64,000 nt of DNA from Alphaproteobacteria bacterium (GCA_965237415.1 CBDEFM010000002.1:1280001-1344000), one strand, 5' to 3'; shown: positions 9,102 through 19,530, numbered from the stretch's first letter. Program-made: numbers and translations. The notes: generated from the letters alone by a model not told the origin.

Positions 9102-9548
9102 ATGAACGATAGCGTAACCGACAACACGTTTGAGCTGTCGCTGGTCAACGATCTGCAGGAGATCGGCGCCGCAGCCGTGAAAATCGACGAGTATTGCGAG
9201 GCACGGGGGCTCTCGCCGCAGATCGCCTACGCGGTCAATCTTTCGATCGACGAGATCCTGACCAACACGATCAGCTACGGTTACGATGACGACGAGCAGC
9301 ACCGGATCGACCTCACGCTCCGCGTAGACGGCGAAACGCTCGTGGTGGTGATCGTGGACGACGGCCGCGCATACGATTCCTCGCTGACACAGGACCCCGA
9401 TGTCGAAGCCACGCTCGAAGAGCGCGCGCTCGGCGGGCTCGGCCTCTTTCTCGTGCAGCAGATGATGGACGACGTGGCGTATCAGCGCAGGGACGAACGC
9501 AACGTCATCACGCTTATGAAGAGCACGGCCGAAGAGGGAGAACGGTAG
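9102..9548 (+). CDS. RsbW-like anti-sigma factor Ser/Thr kinase (HATPase_c_2)
   Basis: DEILTNTISYGY, DDG, GGLGLFLV. Confidence 0.88.
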   Translation: MNDSVTDNTFELSLVNDLQEIGAAAVKIDEYCEARGLSPQIAYAVNLSIDEILTNTISYGYDDDEQHRIDLTLRVDGETLVVVIVDDGRAYDSSLTQDPDVEATLEERALGGLGLFLVQQMMDDVAYQRRDERNVITLMKSTAEEGER

Positions 9549-9587
9549 CCGCGCCTTCGAACTGCCCCGGAGGTACGTCTCTATATA

Positions 9588-11441
9588 TTACGAAGTCGGC
9601 TCGTCGGGCGAAGTCGGCTCGGCGCGGGCCGTGCGCTCGCGGGCGGTCGCGGCACCATCGAGCGCAAACGTATCGGTGACGACCACGCCGTAATCGCGCA
9701 GCGCCGCCTCGGCGCTGGTGTGGCCATCGGCAACATCCGCCGCCACCTGTTCGGGCGGGCGAAGCAGCGGATCGCCGTAGCCGCCGCCGCAGCCGGAGGT
9801 AACGATCACGCGGTCGCCGGCTGCCCCTTTCATATGGGCAAGCTTGGACGGCAGCGCTTGCGTTGAGCCATCGGCGCGGACCAGGGTGATGCTGTTCGCT
9901 CGGCCTTCAGCGCCGCCGTCGTGGCCCCAGGGCGGGAAGCGCTGGCCCTCGCCCTCGATCGAGAAGCCGGCATCGTCGAGCAGCTCGGTTTCGCGGATCG
10001 GTCCGATCCCGCCCCGCCAACGCCCCGCCGCGCAGCCCTCCTCGCGTAGCTCGTAGCGGTGGACGCGCAGGGGAAAGTGAGATTCGACGTCCTCGATCGG
10101 GTTGTTCCGCGTGTTGGTGAAGAGGATGTCCACCGCGTCCATGCCGTCCTTGCCGGCGCGCCCGCCGTAGGCGCCCTCGTAGATCTCCATGTGGACCCAG
10201 TGTCGCTCACCGCGCAGCCCGCTGTAGGCGACGACGTTGAGGTTGCTGACGCCGGCCGAAATTTGGTCCGGCACAGCCTGGGCAAGCGCCTTCATGATCG
10301 TGTCGGCGCATTGAATCCCCGGGCAGGCGCGCGCAATCGTGGGCGCGGGGAACGTGGGGTTCACCAGAGTCCCCTTCGGTGCCACGAGATGGATCGGCCG
10401 GGTCAGCCCGGCGTTGAGCGGTATCCTGCCGTGCACCGCAGAATCCAGGAGGATCGAGCGGAGCGTCATCCAGACCGCGCAATCGACCGTGCCGCGGAGC
10501 GGCATGTTGATCGGCCGGTCGTCGACCTGTGCTGCCGTACCGGTGAAATCGACCGTGATGTCGCTGCCCGAGACGGTCACCGCGACCGCGATGGGGAGTT
10601 CGCGTCGCGCCGGGTCGTCGTCGTCCAGGAAGCCGTCGATCGCGCCCTCGGCGCAATAGCGCCCGTCCGGCAGCGCCTCGATGGACTGGCGCATCATTCG
10701 CTCGGAGTAGTCCATGAGTGCTGTGCAGGCCGCCTGCACAGTCGCAAGACCGTAGCGATCAATCAGGCGGAGAAAGGCCTCGGCGCCGATCCGGGCGGCG
10801 GCGATCTGCGCCTCCATGTCGCCCAGCACTAGGTGGGACGCGCGGATATTGTCAGCCAGCACCGCCCAGAGCGTCGTGTTCTTGACCCCCTTGTCGTAGA
10901 TCTTGAGGCCCTTGAGTTGAATTCCCTCGGCATAGGCGTCGACCGCATCGACGATGCCGGCGCTGCCGGGCGTGTGGGCGCCGATATCGACGTGATGAGC
11001 GGCAGTCCCGGTGAAGCCGACCAGCGCGCCCTCGTGGAAGACGGGCACACAAAACGCGACATCGGGCACGTGGCTCGCGCCGCCATAGGCGTCGTTGTGG
11101 ATGTACACGTCGCCCGGCTCGATCGCCTCCCCGCGCCTCTCGAGCGCGGCGCGAATCCCGCGCACATAGCCCGGCAACGGCCCAGACTGGAGAGGTGTGC
11201 TCTGCGGCGTCTCCGCGATCTGATTGCCCGCCGCATCCATCACGGCAGCGCCGAAATCCTCGGACTCCCGTATCAAGCTCGAATGCGACATGCGCATGAG
11301 CTTGAGGCCCATCTCAACGGCAATCGTCTCCAGCGCGCCGCCGATCACGTTCGCCGTGATGGGATCGATCGTGGCCGCGGACCGTTTCACCCTGAGCCCC
11401 TCCCCCGCTTCGTGATAGGCCTCACCTGCCATCTCCATCAT
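9588..11441 (-). CDS. Hydantoinase B/oxoprolinase family protein
   Basis: IDPITANVI, HND.YGGASHVPD, HHVDIG, TNTRNNPIE.VE, GGGYGDP; start uncertain. Confidence 0.9.
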   Translation of the reverse strand: MMEMAGEAYHEAGEGLRVKRSAATIDPITANVIGGALETIAVEMGLKLMRMSHSSLIRESEDFGAAVMDAAGNQIAETPQSTPLQSGPLPGYVRGIRAALERRGEAIEPGDVYIHNDAYGGASHVPDVAFCVPVFHEGALVGFTGTAAHHVDIGAHTPGSAGIVDAVDAYAEGIQLKGLKIYDKGVKNTTLWAVLADNIRASHLVLGDMEAQIAAARIGAEAFLRLIDRYGLATVQAACTALMDYSERMMRQSIEALPDGRYCAEGAIDGFLDDDDPARRELPIAVAVTVSGSDITVDFTGTAAQVDDRPINMPLRGTVDCAVWMTLRSILLDSAVHGRIPLNAGLTRPIHLVAPKGTLVNPTFPAPTIARACPGIQCADTIMKALAQAVPDQISAGVSNLNVVAYSGLRGERHWVHMEIYEGAYGGRAGKDGMDAVDILFTNTRNNPIEDVESHFPLRVHRYELREEGCAAGRWRGGIGPIRETELLDDAGFSIEGEGQRFPPWGHDGGAEGRANSITLVRADGSTQALPSKLAHMKGAAGDRVIVTSGCGGGYGDPLLRPPEQVAADVADGHTSAEAALRDYGVVVTDTFALDGAATARERTARAEPTSPDEPTS

Positions 11442-11495
11442 AGCGGCTGACGGCGCCGGCCCGAACACTCCACCCCGAGTGCGGCGTTTCAGGCG

Positions 11496-11702
11496 ATGGC
11501 TGCGAGAGTACTTGGCGCGCCTCAGCTGCCGATGCTGTCGGGGATACCCGTCTGCCTCATTGTTTTCGTCGCGAATGTCTCCCTGGCACAGTCGGACATC
11601 GCCGACACGATGGAAAACCGCCGCGCAATTGCGGAACGCTACGCCGCTCTATCGCTACCGCTGATGCTAAAGGATATCGAAGAGGCGTCGGCAGAGTCTT
11701 GA
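11496..11702 (+). pseudogene. Possible truncated 5' fragment of a secreted protein
   Basis: Signal-like N-terminus ending SLA-QS, then DTMENRRAIAERY; stops after 68 aa while overlapping the heparinase 3' end. Confidence 0.3.
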
Positions 11703-13441
11703 GGGGCGAAATCGATCTGCCACCTGCTTTCGACGAGATCGGCAGGACATGAGGCAGTCACCACGTACGCCGGCGTCAGCTCCAGGTACCCAGTGCTTAC
11801 CCAACCCTGATAAGGCTCCGTCGCGCCTACGGTTGCAATCAGTTCGCACTTGGGCCCATCGAATTGGGCTTGCACAATCCGATCTCCGACCCGAACGGTG
11901 AACCCTCCCTCCTCAAGCTCGGGCACTAAACCAGGGGCAAGGTGAAGATTTGACAACCACCGCGAGTCGGTCTGGTTATACAAACGATCCTCAATGACCA
12001 GCGAAACGCCCGGGCGATAGTAGAGGACTCGTTCGTGCCGGAATAGGCCAGGGCGTACGACAACGCCTGCAATAACGAAATTGGAGCCATCTTGCCCGAT
12101 TGGCCCCATCCGCAATTTACGGATATCGATATCCCTTGGCATAATGACCCGGTCGGCGAGACTTATCACATTGTGTGCTCGGGCGCTTCGCACATAGTGC
12201 CTCGCTTCGTCATTAGTGTAACCGTACTTACCGCTATCCACGAATACCTTGCGCCCCCCTTCCATAAGCACAAATCCGAGATCGTCGGCATGCTTGTGCC
12301 CGCTCTCACGCGCCATTCCGCTAACGAACAGCAAACTGGAACGTTCTTGCGGAGTATCGGGCAGCGACCGAATGATCCCGTATCCCGACCTTGTTAGGTC
12401 GCGCACCGCCCAACATGATTCGGGTACAGCGGTGAGACAGGTCTCAGGCACGGGTGACTTTAGTGCGGGCCCGGTTCCGGCACTGTCGCCAACGGCAATC
12501 CATGACCTGTCCGGATAGGCTAACCACGGCGAAATATTTTCCGCATACTCCAATAGACGCATGATAGAGGGTGTGCCAAGACGCTCGACTGCGCCTGAGT
12601 CGCGCAGCGTTCTGAGTACCCATTGATGATAGGTAGGGGAACTTTCCGCATGAACACCCTGTTCGGTAAACTGTGACTTCAGCAATGACTCGAAGGAATG
12701 GCGCGCATACTCCCGAGCAGCCCCTTGTCCACAGGAACTACGCCACGAGATCACCTCGCACAGCATATCGAGCCCGACCAACTGAAAAATAGCATGATTC
12801 CCCTTGGCCAAAAATCCACGATCCTGAAGCTTCTGGGCATGGAGGTCCGCCAAATTCGCCAGTGTTTCAAGCTCAACATCGCCCGCTTCCACACGCTCGG
12901 ACAGAATGCGATCAAGCATAAACGCCAGTCGCGCGGCGCGAATCCCGGCGGCCATATCGTACCAAGAGAACTTTTCGCTATGTCCCAGGTCAACGTGATA
13001 GTGCGCCCAGTCGAGAGCAATCTCGATCGCCTCGCGTAACCACGCCGGATCTTCGGTATCGCGATACTCATACAACTGATACTCCATCACGCGCCACGCG
13101 TGGAGCTGATATTGCCAATTTGGATCGTGAAACGGGTCTGCGCCCCAATCGATCGGCAGTGAGGCATCCCATGCCTGCACATCTCGTCGCGGTTTGAAAC
13201 TGGTGGGAGAAACAGACTTGCGGCCCAAGGCAAGCCCGGAAAAAGCGAATTCAACGGGTTCGTAGTTCAACGGTCGCAGAGGTTCGGATGCACCAACCGC
13301 ATCCGGCAACAGACATGCGTGGGCCATTGCGGCCACCAAGGCACATACGAGACTGCGGGACAAACACCTGAGTGGCGGCAATTGAACGATGCGCTGTCCG
13401 CTAACGAGGCGGAATTTCATGCAAATTATGGCTATGCCCAA
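11639..13441 (-). CDS. Heparinase II/III family protein (lower-GC gene)
   Basis: WYDMAAGIRA, NHAIFQ, GVHAESSPTYH, HKHADDLGF, DSGKYGY, SARAHN; start uncertain. Confidence 0.85.
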   Translation of the reverse strand: MGIAIICMKFRLVSGQRIVQLPPLRCLSRSLVCALVAAMAHACLLPDAVGASEPLRPLNYEPVEFAFSGLALGRKSVSPTSFKPRRDVQAWDASLPIDWGADPFHDPNWQYQLHAWRVMEYQLYEYRDTEDPAWLREAIEIALDWAHYHVDLGHSEKFSWYDMAAGIRAARLAFMLDRILSERVEAGDVELETLANLADLHAQKLQDRGFLAKGNHAIFQLVGLDMLCEVISWRSSCGQGAAREYARHSFESLLKSQFTEQGVHAESSPTYHQWVLRTLRDSGAVERLGTPSIMRLLEYAENISPWLAYPDRSWIAVGDSAGTGPALKSPVPETCLTAVPESCWAVRDLTRSGYGIIRSLPDTPQERSSLLFVSGMARESGHKHADDLGFVLMEGGRKVFVDSGKYGYTNDEARHYVRSARAHNVISLADRVIMPRDIDIRKLRMGPIGQDGSNFVIAGVVVRPGLFRHERVLYYRPGVSLVIEDRLYNQTDSRWLSNLHLAPGLVPELEEGGFTVRVGDRIVQAQFDGPKCELIATVGATEPYQGWVSTGYLELTPAYVVTASCPADLVESRWQIDFAPQDSADASSISFSISGSDRAA

Positions 13442-13942
13442 TGGTTATGTCTTCTTTGAAGTAATGGCATATGTGTGTGAGAGGTCCAATACTACCGCAC
13501 TTCATTGATACCTAAACGGCGCTCTCTCAGACCAGGAATTAATACTGAAATCATCACTGTAGTCAATTGGAGACGAGACATGATTAACAGGCGCACGAAA
13601 CATGTAATATTGTTACATGAAAATTGTCGTATAGTTGGCCAGATAAGTGTTCGGAACTCGCCTTTATCTCTTCGAATCCTTGATAGGGCACCAGGAATAA
13701 CAGATTAACCAATCGAAATAACAAGTTTGGACTTGTCGACATACTGATCGCCGCTTTGAACGATCGTACGCAACACAACTATAGCCCCCTTCCGGCCATG
13801 ACGCGCGGCCAGCGGCTGCCTCATTGTCCTCCGGCGTTCACGCAGGTAGGGCAGGCACCGCAGACGCGCCACTGCGTGGCTGGCAGGCGGTGGGGAAGAC
13901 GGGTATCGTCGCTCACGGGCGCCGCAACGGGAGAATTGGCGC

Positions 13943-14785
13943 ATGAGCCTCGGCGACACGATCACGCTCAGCCTCGTGCAGATGAACAGCGGACCGGACC
14001 GCGACGCGAACATTGCGCGGGCCGCCGCCCATATCGACCGCGCAGTCGAGACCGAGCGGCCGGACCTGGTGGTGATCCCCGAGTTCTTCAATCACCCCTA
14101 TGTCTTCAACGAACGCGACCATGAGCATCTGAAGCGGGCGGAGCCCGAGACGGGGCCGAGCATCACGGCCATGCGGGCGAAGGCGGCGGAGCACAGGATT
14201 CATCTGATCGCGACGCTCTACGAGGAGGAGTCCGCCGGCCTCTACTATGACACGGCCTTCGTGATCGACCCCAAGGGTGCCATCGTCGGGAAATACCGCA
14301 AGGTGATGCCGGGGCTCTATCTCAGCCTCGAGCGCATGTATTTCCGCTTCGGCTCGCGCTTCTCAGTCTTCCAGGTGGGCTCGTGGAAGATCGGCATCAT
14401 TATCTGCTACGACACGTTCTTCCCCGAGCACGCGCGCTGCTCGGCAGTCAATGGCGCCGAACTGATCGTGGTGCCGTTCGCCGCGCCCCGCGTTGGCCCC
14501 TGGCGCGAGATGATGATCACGCGGGCCTGGGAAAACGCCGTCTATTTCGCGCCTTGCAACAAGGTCGGGCCCGAGAGCGGCTGGACCTTCGGCGGCGAAA
14601 GCATGGTCATCGACCCCGAGGGCCAAGTCCTGGCCGCTGCCGGGAACGACGGCGACGAAATCATCACCGCAGCGCTGGACCGCCGTCAGGTGTTCGAGGT
14701 CCGCCAGAAGAAGCCCTTCTTCCGCGACCGCCGGCCGGACCTCTATGGGCCGCTCTGCGCGCAGACGGAGGATATCCACGGCTGA
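13943..14785 (+). CDS. Carbon-nitrogen hydrolase (nitrilase superfamily)
   Basis: E-K-C triad: IPEFF, KYRK, IICYD. Confidence 0.92.
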   Translation: MSLGDTITLSLVQMNSGPDRDANIARAAAHIDRAVETERPDLVVIPEFFNHPYVFNERDHEHLKRAEPETGPSITAMRAKAAEHRIHLIATLYEEESAGLYYDTAFVIDPKGAIVGKYRKVMPGLYLSLERMYFRFGSRFSVFQVGSWKIGIIICYDTFFPEHARCSAVNGAELIVVPFAAPRVGPWREMMITRAWENAVYFAPCNKVGPESGWTFGGESMVIDPEGQVLAAAGNDGDEIITAALDRRQVFEVRQKKPFFRDRRPDLYGPLCAQTEDIHG

Positions 14786-14928
14786 GCGGAAATCCCTGTC
14801 GAATTGGGGGCGTCGGCATACTACCGTTGGAGATCGCGTGTACCGGACGAAGCACTGAAAAGGCCGCCGTCCGAGCTGCGGGCATGTGTCGCGCGCGTGT
14901 TGGGAGATAGACCTCTGCGGAGACGACG

Positions 14929-16461
14929 ATGAGCGCTCGAGTATTCGAAGAGGTGGAGCGCGAGCGGGCACGGGAGATTTCCAGGGCCGCGTTCGACGAA
15001 CAGGCGGCGGCGCTCAGGATCGCGCTGGTCGAGGCGCAGCGCGCGCTCGCGGAAGCGGATTTTCCGGTCATCGTGCTGTTTGCAGGCGTTGACGGTGCGG
15101 GCAAGGGAGAGACGGTCAACCTGCTCACGGAATGGCTCGACCCGCGCCGCATCGTCACCCACGCCTACGACCGGCTCACCGAGGAAGAAGGGCAACGGCC
15201 CGAGTTCTGGCGCTATTGGCGCGACCTGCCGGCGCGGGGGCGGTTCGGCCTCTTCCTCAGCGCCTGGTATTCCGCGCCGCTGCTGGACCGCGCCTACGGG
15301 CGCATCGGGCCGAGCGCGCTCGACCGGCGGCTCGCGCGCATCGCGGCGTTCGAGCGCACGCTCGCCGACGACGGTGCGCTGATCCTCAAGTTCTGGATGC
15401 ATCTCGACCGAGAGGCGCAGCAGAAGCGCCTGGAGGCGCTGCAGAAACATCCGCGCGACCACTGGCGAATCTCGCAGTGGGACTGGCGCAACTGGCACCG
15501 CTACGAGCACTTCAACGAAGCCGCCGAGCACATCATCACCCGCACCAGCACCGCCGAGGCGCCGTGGCTCGTGGTCGATGGCCGCCATGCGCGGTACCGC
15601 TCGCTCACCGTGTTGGGGATGGCGCGCCGGGCGCTCGAAGCCCGTCTCGCCGGCCTACCCCCGCCGGACGCGGGCTTCCGCGCCCGCGCGCCCGTCGCAA
15701 GCCCGACCGTGGTCGGCGCGACGGTGCGCGACGTCAAGCCGCTGTCTACGATCGACCAGGCGAGAACCGTGGGCCGCAAGGTCTATGAGAAGTCGATGGC
15801 GCGCTTGCGGGCCGATCTCTACTGGCTTGCAGCACAGAACCTCCTGCATGGGCTCTCGGTCGTGCTCGTCTTCGAAGGCTGGGACGCCGGCGGCAAGGGC
15901 GGCGCCATCCGGCGCATGGTCTCGGCGCTGGATGCCCGCAGCTACCGCGTCCATCAGGTAAGCGCGCCGAGCGACGAGGAGCGCGCCCATCACTACCTCT
16001 GGCGCTTCTGGCGCAGGCTGCCCGAAGCCGGGCAGATCGCGGTCTTCGACCGCAGCTGGTACGGCCGCGTCCTGGTGGAGCGCGTCGAATCATTCGCGAC
16101 GGAGCCGGAGTGGCGGCGCGCCTACGCCGAGATCCGAGACTTCGAGGAGCAGATCATCAGCCACGGCACGCTGCTGATGAAATTCTGGCTCCACATCGAC
16201 AAGGACGAGCAGGAACGACGATTCCTGGCGCGCAAGGAAAATCCCTACAAGAGCTGGAAGCTGACCGAAGAGGACTGGCGCAACCGCGCGAAGTGGGACG
16301 CTTACGAGAACGCGGCCAACGACATGATCGCAAGCACGAGCACGCCCGAGGCGCCGTGGACTCTGGTCCCCGGCAACAACAAGAGGCACGCGCGCCTCGA
16401 AGTCTTGCGGACGCTCTGCGCCGCACTGCAATCGCGGCTCAGCCAGCGGGCGGCGGAGTGA
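14929..16461 (+). CDS. pap: Polyphosphate:AMP phosphotransferase (two-domain PPK2)
   Basis: Two PPK2 domains: GVDGAGKG and FEGWDAGGKGGAI; FDRSWYGRVLVERVE. Confidence 0.92.
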   Translation: MSARVFEEVERERAREISRAAFDEQAAALRIALVEAQRALAEADFPVIVLFAGVDGAGKGETVNLLTEWLDPRRIVTHAYDRLTEEEGQRPEFWRYWRDLPARGRFGLFLSAWYSAPLLDRAYGRIGPSALDRRLARIAAFERTLADDGALILKFWMHLDREAQQKRLEALQKHPRDHWRISQWDWRNWHRYEHFNEAAEHIITRTSTAEAPWLVVDGRHARYRSLTVLGMARRALEARLAGLPPPDAGFRARAPVASPTVVGATVRDVKPLSTIDQARTVGRKVYEKSMARLRADLYWLAAQNLLHGLSVVLVFEGWDAGGKGGAIRRMVSALDARSYRVHQVSAPSDEERAHHYLWRFWRRLPEAGQIAVFDRSWYGRVLVERVESFATEPEWRRAYAEIRDFEEQIISHGTLLMKFWLHIDKDEQERRFLARKENPYKSWKLTEEDWRNRAKWDAYENAANDMIASTSTPEAPWTLVPGNNKRHARLEVLRTLCAALQSRLSQRAAE

Positions 16462-16494
16462 GTCGGCGGGTGGGCACCTCCCGTATCCGATAAC

Positions 16495-18546
16495 TCAAAG
16501 CGCGCGGCCGAGTTCCTCGCCCTCGTACATGGACTGAATCGGGCGTCTCGGCGCGAGCGCGTCGCCGACCCGGTGCAATGCCGCGACGCGCCCTTCGAGC
16601 GCCCGGTAAAGCGCGTCGTTGGGCGAGCGCAGCATCGAGATGACGACGGTATCCACCCCCTCGATGATGCGCGGCTGCCCGCCCCAGACCGAGCGGACGT
16701 GAACCGTGCTGCCTTCGATCTTCTCCACGTTCGTATGCGCGCTGCACAGCACGCCGGCCTCCTCCAGGCACGGCATCACGTAAGAGAGATCGAGCGTGCG
16801 CATGACATCCTCGCCCACCATGGCCCGCGGCGTCACGATCTCCACCTCGGCGCCGCCCGACGCCAGAATCTCGGCGAGCCCGAGCGGGAGGTAGAAGCCG
16901 GTCTCCTCCAGGATCACGATCCGCTGCCCGAGCGCGCTTGCATCCGCCAGCGCGCGCGCCGTTGCGGTGCCGACATCGATGACGTTCTTCTGCTCCGCAC
17001 CCGCAAGGCTGGGGCTGCCGGGGCGGAACTGGCTGCGGCCGTCGCAGTCCCAGCGTGCGCCGGTGGCGACGACCACGGCATCGGGTTTCTCCCGCTCGAT
17101 CGCGTCCGGCGTTGCGTCCACCCCGAGCCTCACATCCACCCCCGCGACGTCCATGGCGCGCACCAGATTGTCGATGGCGGTGCCCCATTCCTTGCGCGTC
17201 GGCAGCTCCATCAGCAGGTTCAGGTGGCCGCCCAGGCGCTCCTCGCGCTCCATCAGCACGACCCGATGACCGCGGCTTCCCGCGACTGCGGCCGTCTTCA
17301 TCCCGGCGAGGCCCCCGCCGACGACGACGATCGACTTCGCATCCTCTGGCGCCACCGGCTTCAGCGTATCGTTGCCCCACCGTGCCTCGCGGCCGACGCT
17401 CGGGTTGACCGCGCACGTGACCTGCCGGTTGTCGAAGAGGCGCGCGACGCACTCGTTGGCGCCCATGCAGCGCCGAATCTCCTTCTGCCGGCCTTCGCGG
17501 GTCTTCTTCACCAGGTGCGGCTCGGCCATCTGCGCGCGGGTCATCGCGACCATGTCGGTGGCGCCCTCGGCAAGCGCCTGCTCCGCCTGGTGCAGGTCGA
17601 CGATCCGGCCGACGGCGAAGACCTTGGCCCTGTTGCCCACCACCGCCTTGGCTCGCTTGGCGAAGGGGAGCATGAAGCCGTTCTCCACGCCCATTGGGGC
17701 GACCGCACGGTGCAGCGTGTAGTAGCCGCCGCCCGAGATGTTGAAGAAGTCGAAGAGGCCGCTGCTCGAGAGAACCTCCAGCTGCTCCTCGGTCTGGTCC
17801 GGCGTGATCCCGACATCGCCCATGAACTCGTCGAAGGAAAGGCGGACGCCGACGGTAAAGGCATCGCCGACCTGCGCGCGGACCGCTTCGCCGATCTCAA
17901 GCAGGACCTGGCAGCGCTTGCGGACGGAGCCTCCGTAACGGTCGGTGCGGTCGTTGAAGGCGGGGCTCAGGAACTGGCCGAGCAGGTAGCTGTGCGCCGC
18001 GTGCAGCTCCACTCCGTCGCAGCCAGCAACCTTCACGTTGAGAGCCGACTCGCCGAATTCCTTGACCACGTCGTCGACGTGCTTCTGCTCCATGACCATC
18101 GGGATCTCGTGGTGCACGATCGAGGGCATCTTGGAGACACCCCAGAGCGGGTGCCACTCGTCCATGATCATCGTGCCCTTGTCATGCACGCCGCAGCCGA
18201 ATAGCTGAATGAACTGCCGCGCGCCGTGCTCGTGCACCGCGTCGGCGAGCTTGGCGTATTGGGGAATGGCGCGCTTCTCCCACGCCGAACATCCTTCGAA
18301 GAACGACCCCTTGCTCAGCCTGTGGCCGGCCTGTTGCTCGGTGATGAAGAGGGCCGCACCCCCCGTCGCGCGCTCCCGAAAAAACTCGATGTGCCGGTCG
18401 CCGAGGACGTTGTCCTTGCCGAGAAGCGTCGTTTGGGCGGTCATCATGATCCGGTTCTTCACGTGCGTGGAGCCGATCTCCATTGGCTCCCACACCAGAC
18501 GAAGCTCGGACGCGGATTGATTTCCCTCGGCTGCCGCTGCGCTCAT
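16495..18546 (-). CDS. NADH:flavin oxidoreductase (Old Yellow Enzyme barrel plus FAD/NAD domains)
   Basis: DGVELHAAHSYLLGQFLSP, NDRTDRYGGS, C..NP..GRE, VVGGGLAGM. Confidence 0.9.
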   Translation of the reverse strand: MSAAAAEGNQSASELRLVWEPMEIGSTHVKNRIMMTAQTTLLGKDNVLGDRHIEFFRERATGGAALFITEQQAGHRLSKGSFFEGCSAWEKRAIPQYAKLADAVHEHGARQFIQLFGCGVHDKGTMIMDEWHPLWGVSKMPSIVHHEIPMVMEQKHVDDVVKEFGESALNVKVAGCDGVELHAAHSYLLGQFLSPAFNDRTDRYGGSVRKRCQVLLEIGEAVRAQVGDAFTVGVRLSFDEFMGDVGITPDQTEEQLEVLSSSGLFDFFNISGGGYYTLHRAVAPMGVENGFMLPFAKRAKAVVGNRAKVFAVGRIVDLHQAEQALAEGATDMVAMTRAQMAEPHLVKKTREGRQKEIRRCMGANECVARLFDNRQVTCAVNPSVGREARWGNDTLKPVAPEDAKSIVVVGGGLAGMKTAAVAGSRGHRVVLMEREERLGGHLNLLMELPTRKEWGTAIDNLVRAMDVAGVDVRLGVDATPDAIEREKPDAVVVATGARWDCDGRSQFRPGSPSLAGAEQKNVIDVGTATARALADASALGQRIVILEETGFYLPLGLAEILASGGAEVEIVTPRAMVGEDVMRTLDLSYVMPCLEEAGVLCSAHTNVEKIEGSTVHVRSVWGGQPRIIEGVDTVVISMLRSPNDALYRALEGRVAALHRVGDALAPRRPIQSMYEGEELGRAL

Positions 18547-18649
18547 TCCTTCCCTCCTGTCCTGGGCCTGCGAGATAGTACACTGGCCCCTCACGGAAGG
18601 CCCACACCAGGCCATTTTTCAGGGCGGCGCAAGCAGGATCGCAGAGGCT

Positions 18650-18708
18650 GGATGACCGAGACGCTGACGGCCGACGTGGTGGTCGTGGGCGGCGGCAACG
18701 CCGCGCTC
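18650..18708 (+). repeat. 59-bp direct repeat: orphan copy of the tcuA 5' end
   Basis: 57/59 identical to 19724-19782; encodes MTETLTADVVVVGGGNAAL. Confidence 0.95.
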
Positions 18709-18716
18709 GGTCGCGC

Positions 18717-19277
18717 CTATTCCGAAGAGACCCGCACCTCATCCATGCCGACGAGCTCCCGAAGAGTGATCGGGTTTGCGGGCGCCATCGCACGCCGAAA
18801 GTGGCGGAGCTCCAACGCGGCGCTGAAGGCCGCCGTGACTTCATCCTGGGAAATCGGCAATGCCTCGCCCAACTGTTCCACGCACCAGCGCTCCACGTCG
18901 GACCAGCGCCACAATCGATAGCGACCACGCGGGTCGGTGACCGGTTTCGGAAATCCGCCGGGACCTCGAGCACCGCTTACCAGCAATCGAACACTTTCTC
19001 GGGTGCGGCCGAGGCGGGCGGCGATATCCGCCAGCGAGGCAAGACCGGCGTCGGCGATGCGTACGACCTCGACCCCCTGCAGCTTCTCCATGTCGTCCAC
19101 TGCCGACAGGATGGCGCGGTTGAGAGTTCCGGCCTTGCGATCGAAGTCTGCGAACTGGATTCCATCGCTTCGACCGATGGCCGCATCGTCGCACCCGGCC
19201 TCGAACAACGCGTCGATGCACGGCTCATCCTGAAGGTCGGGCCCCTCGACAATCAGAGTGAAGTGGAACGTAGACAT
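18717..19277 (-). CDS. Putative antitoxin/DNA-binding protein (HicB-like N-terminus plus HTH)
   Basis: FHFTLIV...LFEAGCDDA...DFDR.A and SLADIAARLGRTRESVRLL HTH; directly downstream of the small toxin-like gene. Confidence 0.72.
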   Translation of the reverse strand: MSTFHFTLIVEGPDLQDEPCIDALFEAGCDDAAIGRSDGIQFADFDRKAGTLNRAILSAVDDMEKLQGVEVVRIADAGLASLADIAARLGRTRESVRLLVSGARGPGGFPKPVTDPRGRYRLWRWSDVERWCVEQLGEALPISQDEVTAAFSAALELRHFRRAMAPANPITLRELVGMDEVRVSSE

Positions 19278-19278
19278 G

Positions 19279-19530
19279 TCAGCTATCTCCCATTCGCTGG
19301 TCCCACGTATGCGAGCAGCGAGCGATGAATCGTCGCAATTGCTTGGCGTGGTTGCCGGTGTTGCGGGGCGTGGACCAGATTGATATCTGACAACCGAAAG
19401 GGCCCTCCACGCCGCATCTCATCACGCCCCAGCGATGCCCGGATTGTGTCGGCGTCACCGTCCAACCGGCGCTTTCGGCATCTCGCAAGGCACTCTCGAC
19501 CTCCTTCTTCGGATGCTTTGCCCGAGGCAT
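19279..19530 (-). CDS. Putative HicA-like toxin
   Basis: 83 aa, basic; A...GW.V...SGH.WG...C...C..SIWSTP.N..NHAK. Confidence 0.65.
   Translation of the reverse strand: MPRAKHPKKEVESALRDAESAGWTVTPTQSGHRWGVMRCGVEGPFGCQISIWSTPRNTGNHAKQLRRFIARCSHTWDQRMGDS

Noticed and set aside
13505-13778. Small ORFs in the AT-rich stretch
   Set aside because: Under 70 aa with no motif or clear RBS; more likely upstream regulatory DNA.
18652-18921. ORF starting at the duplicated tcuA ATG
   Set aside because: Only 19 codons match tcuA; the rest is antisense to the antitoxin. Treated as a repeat remnant.
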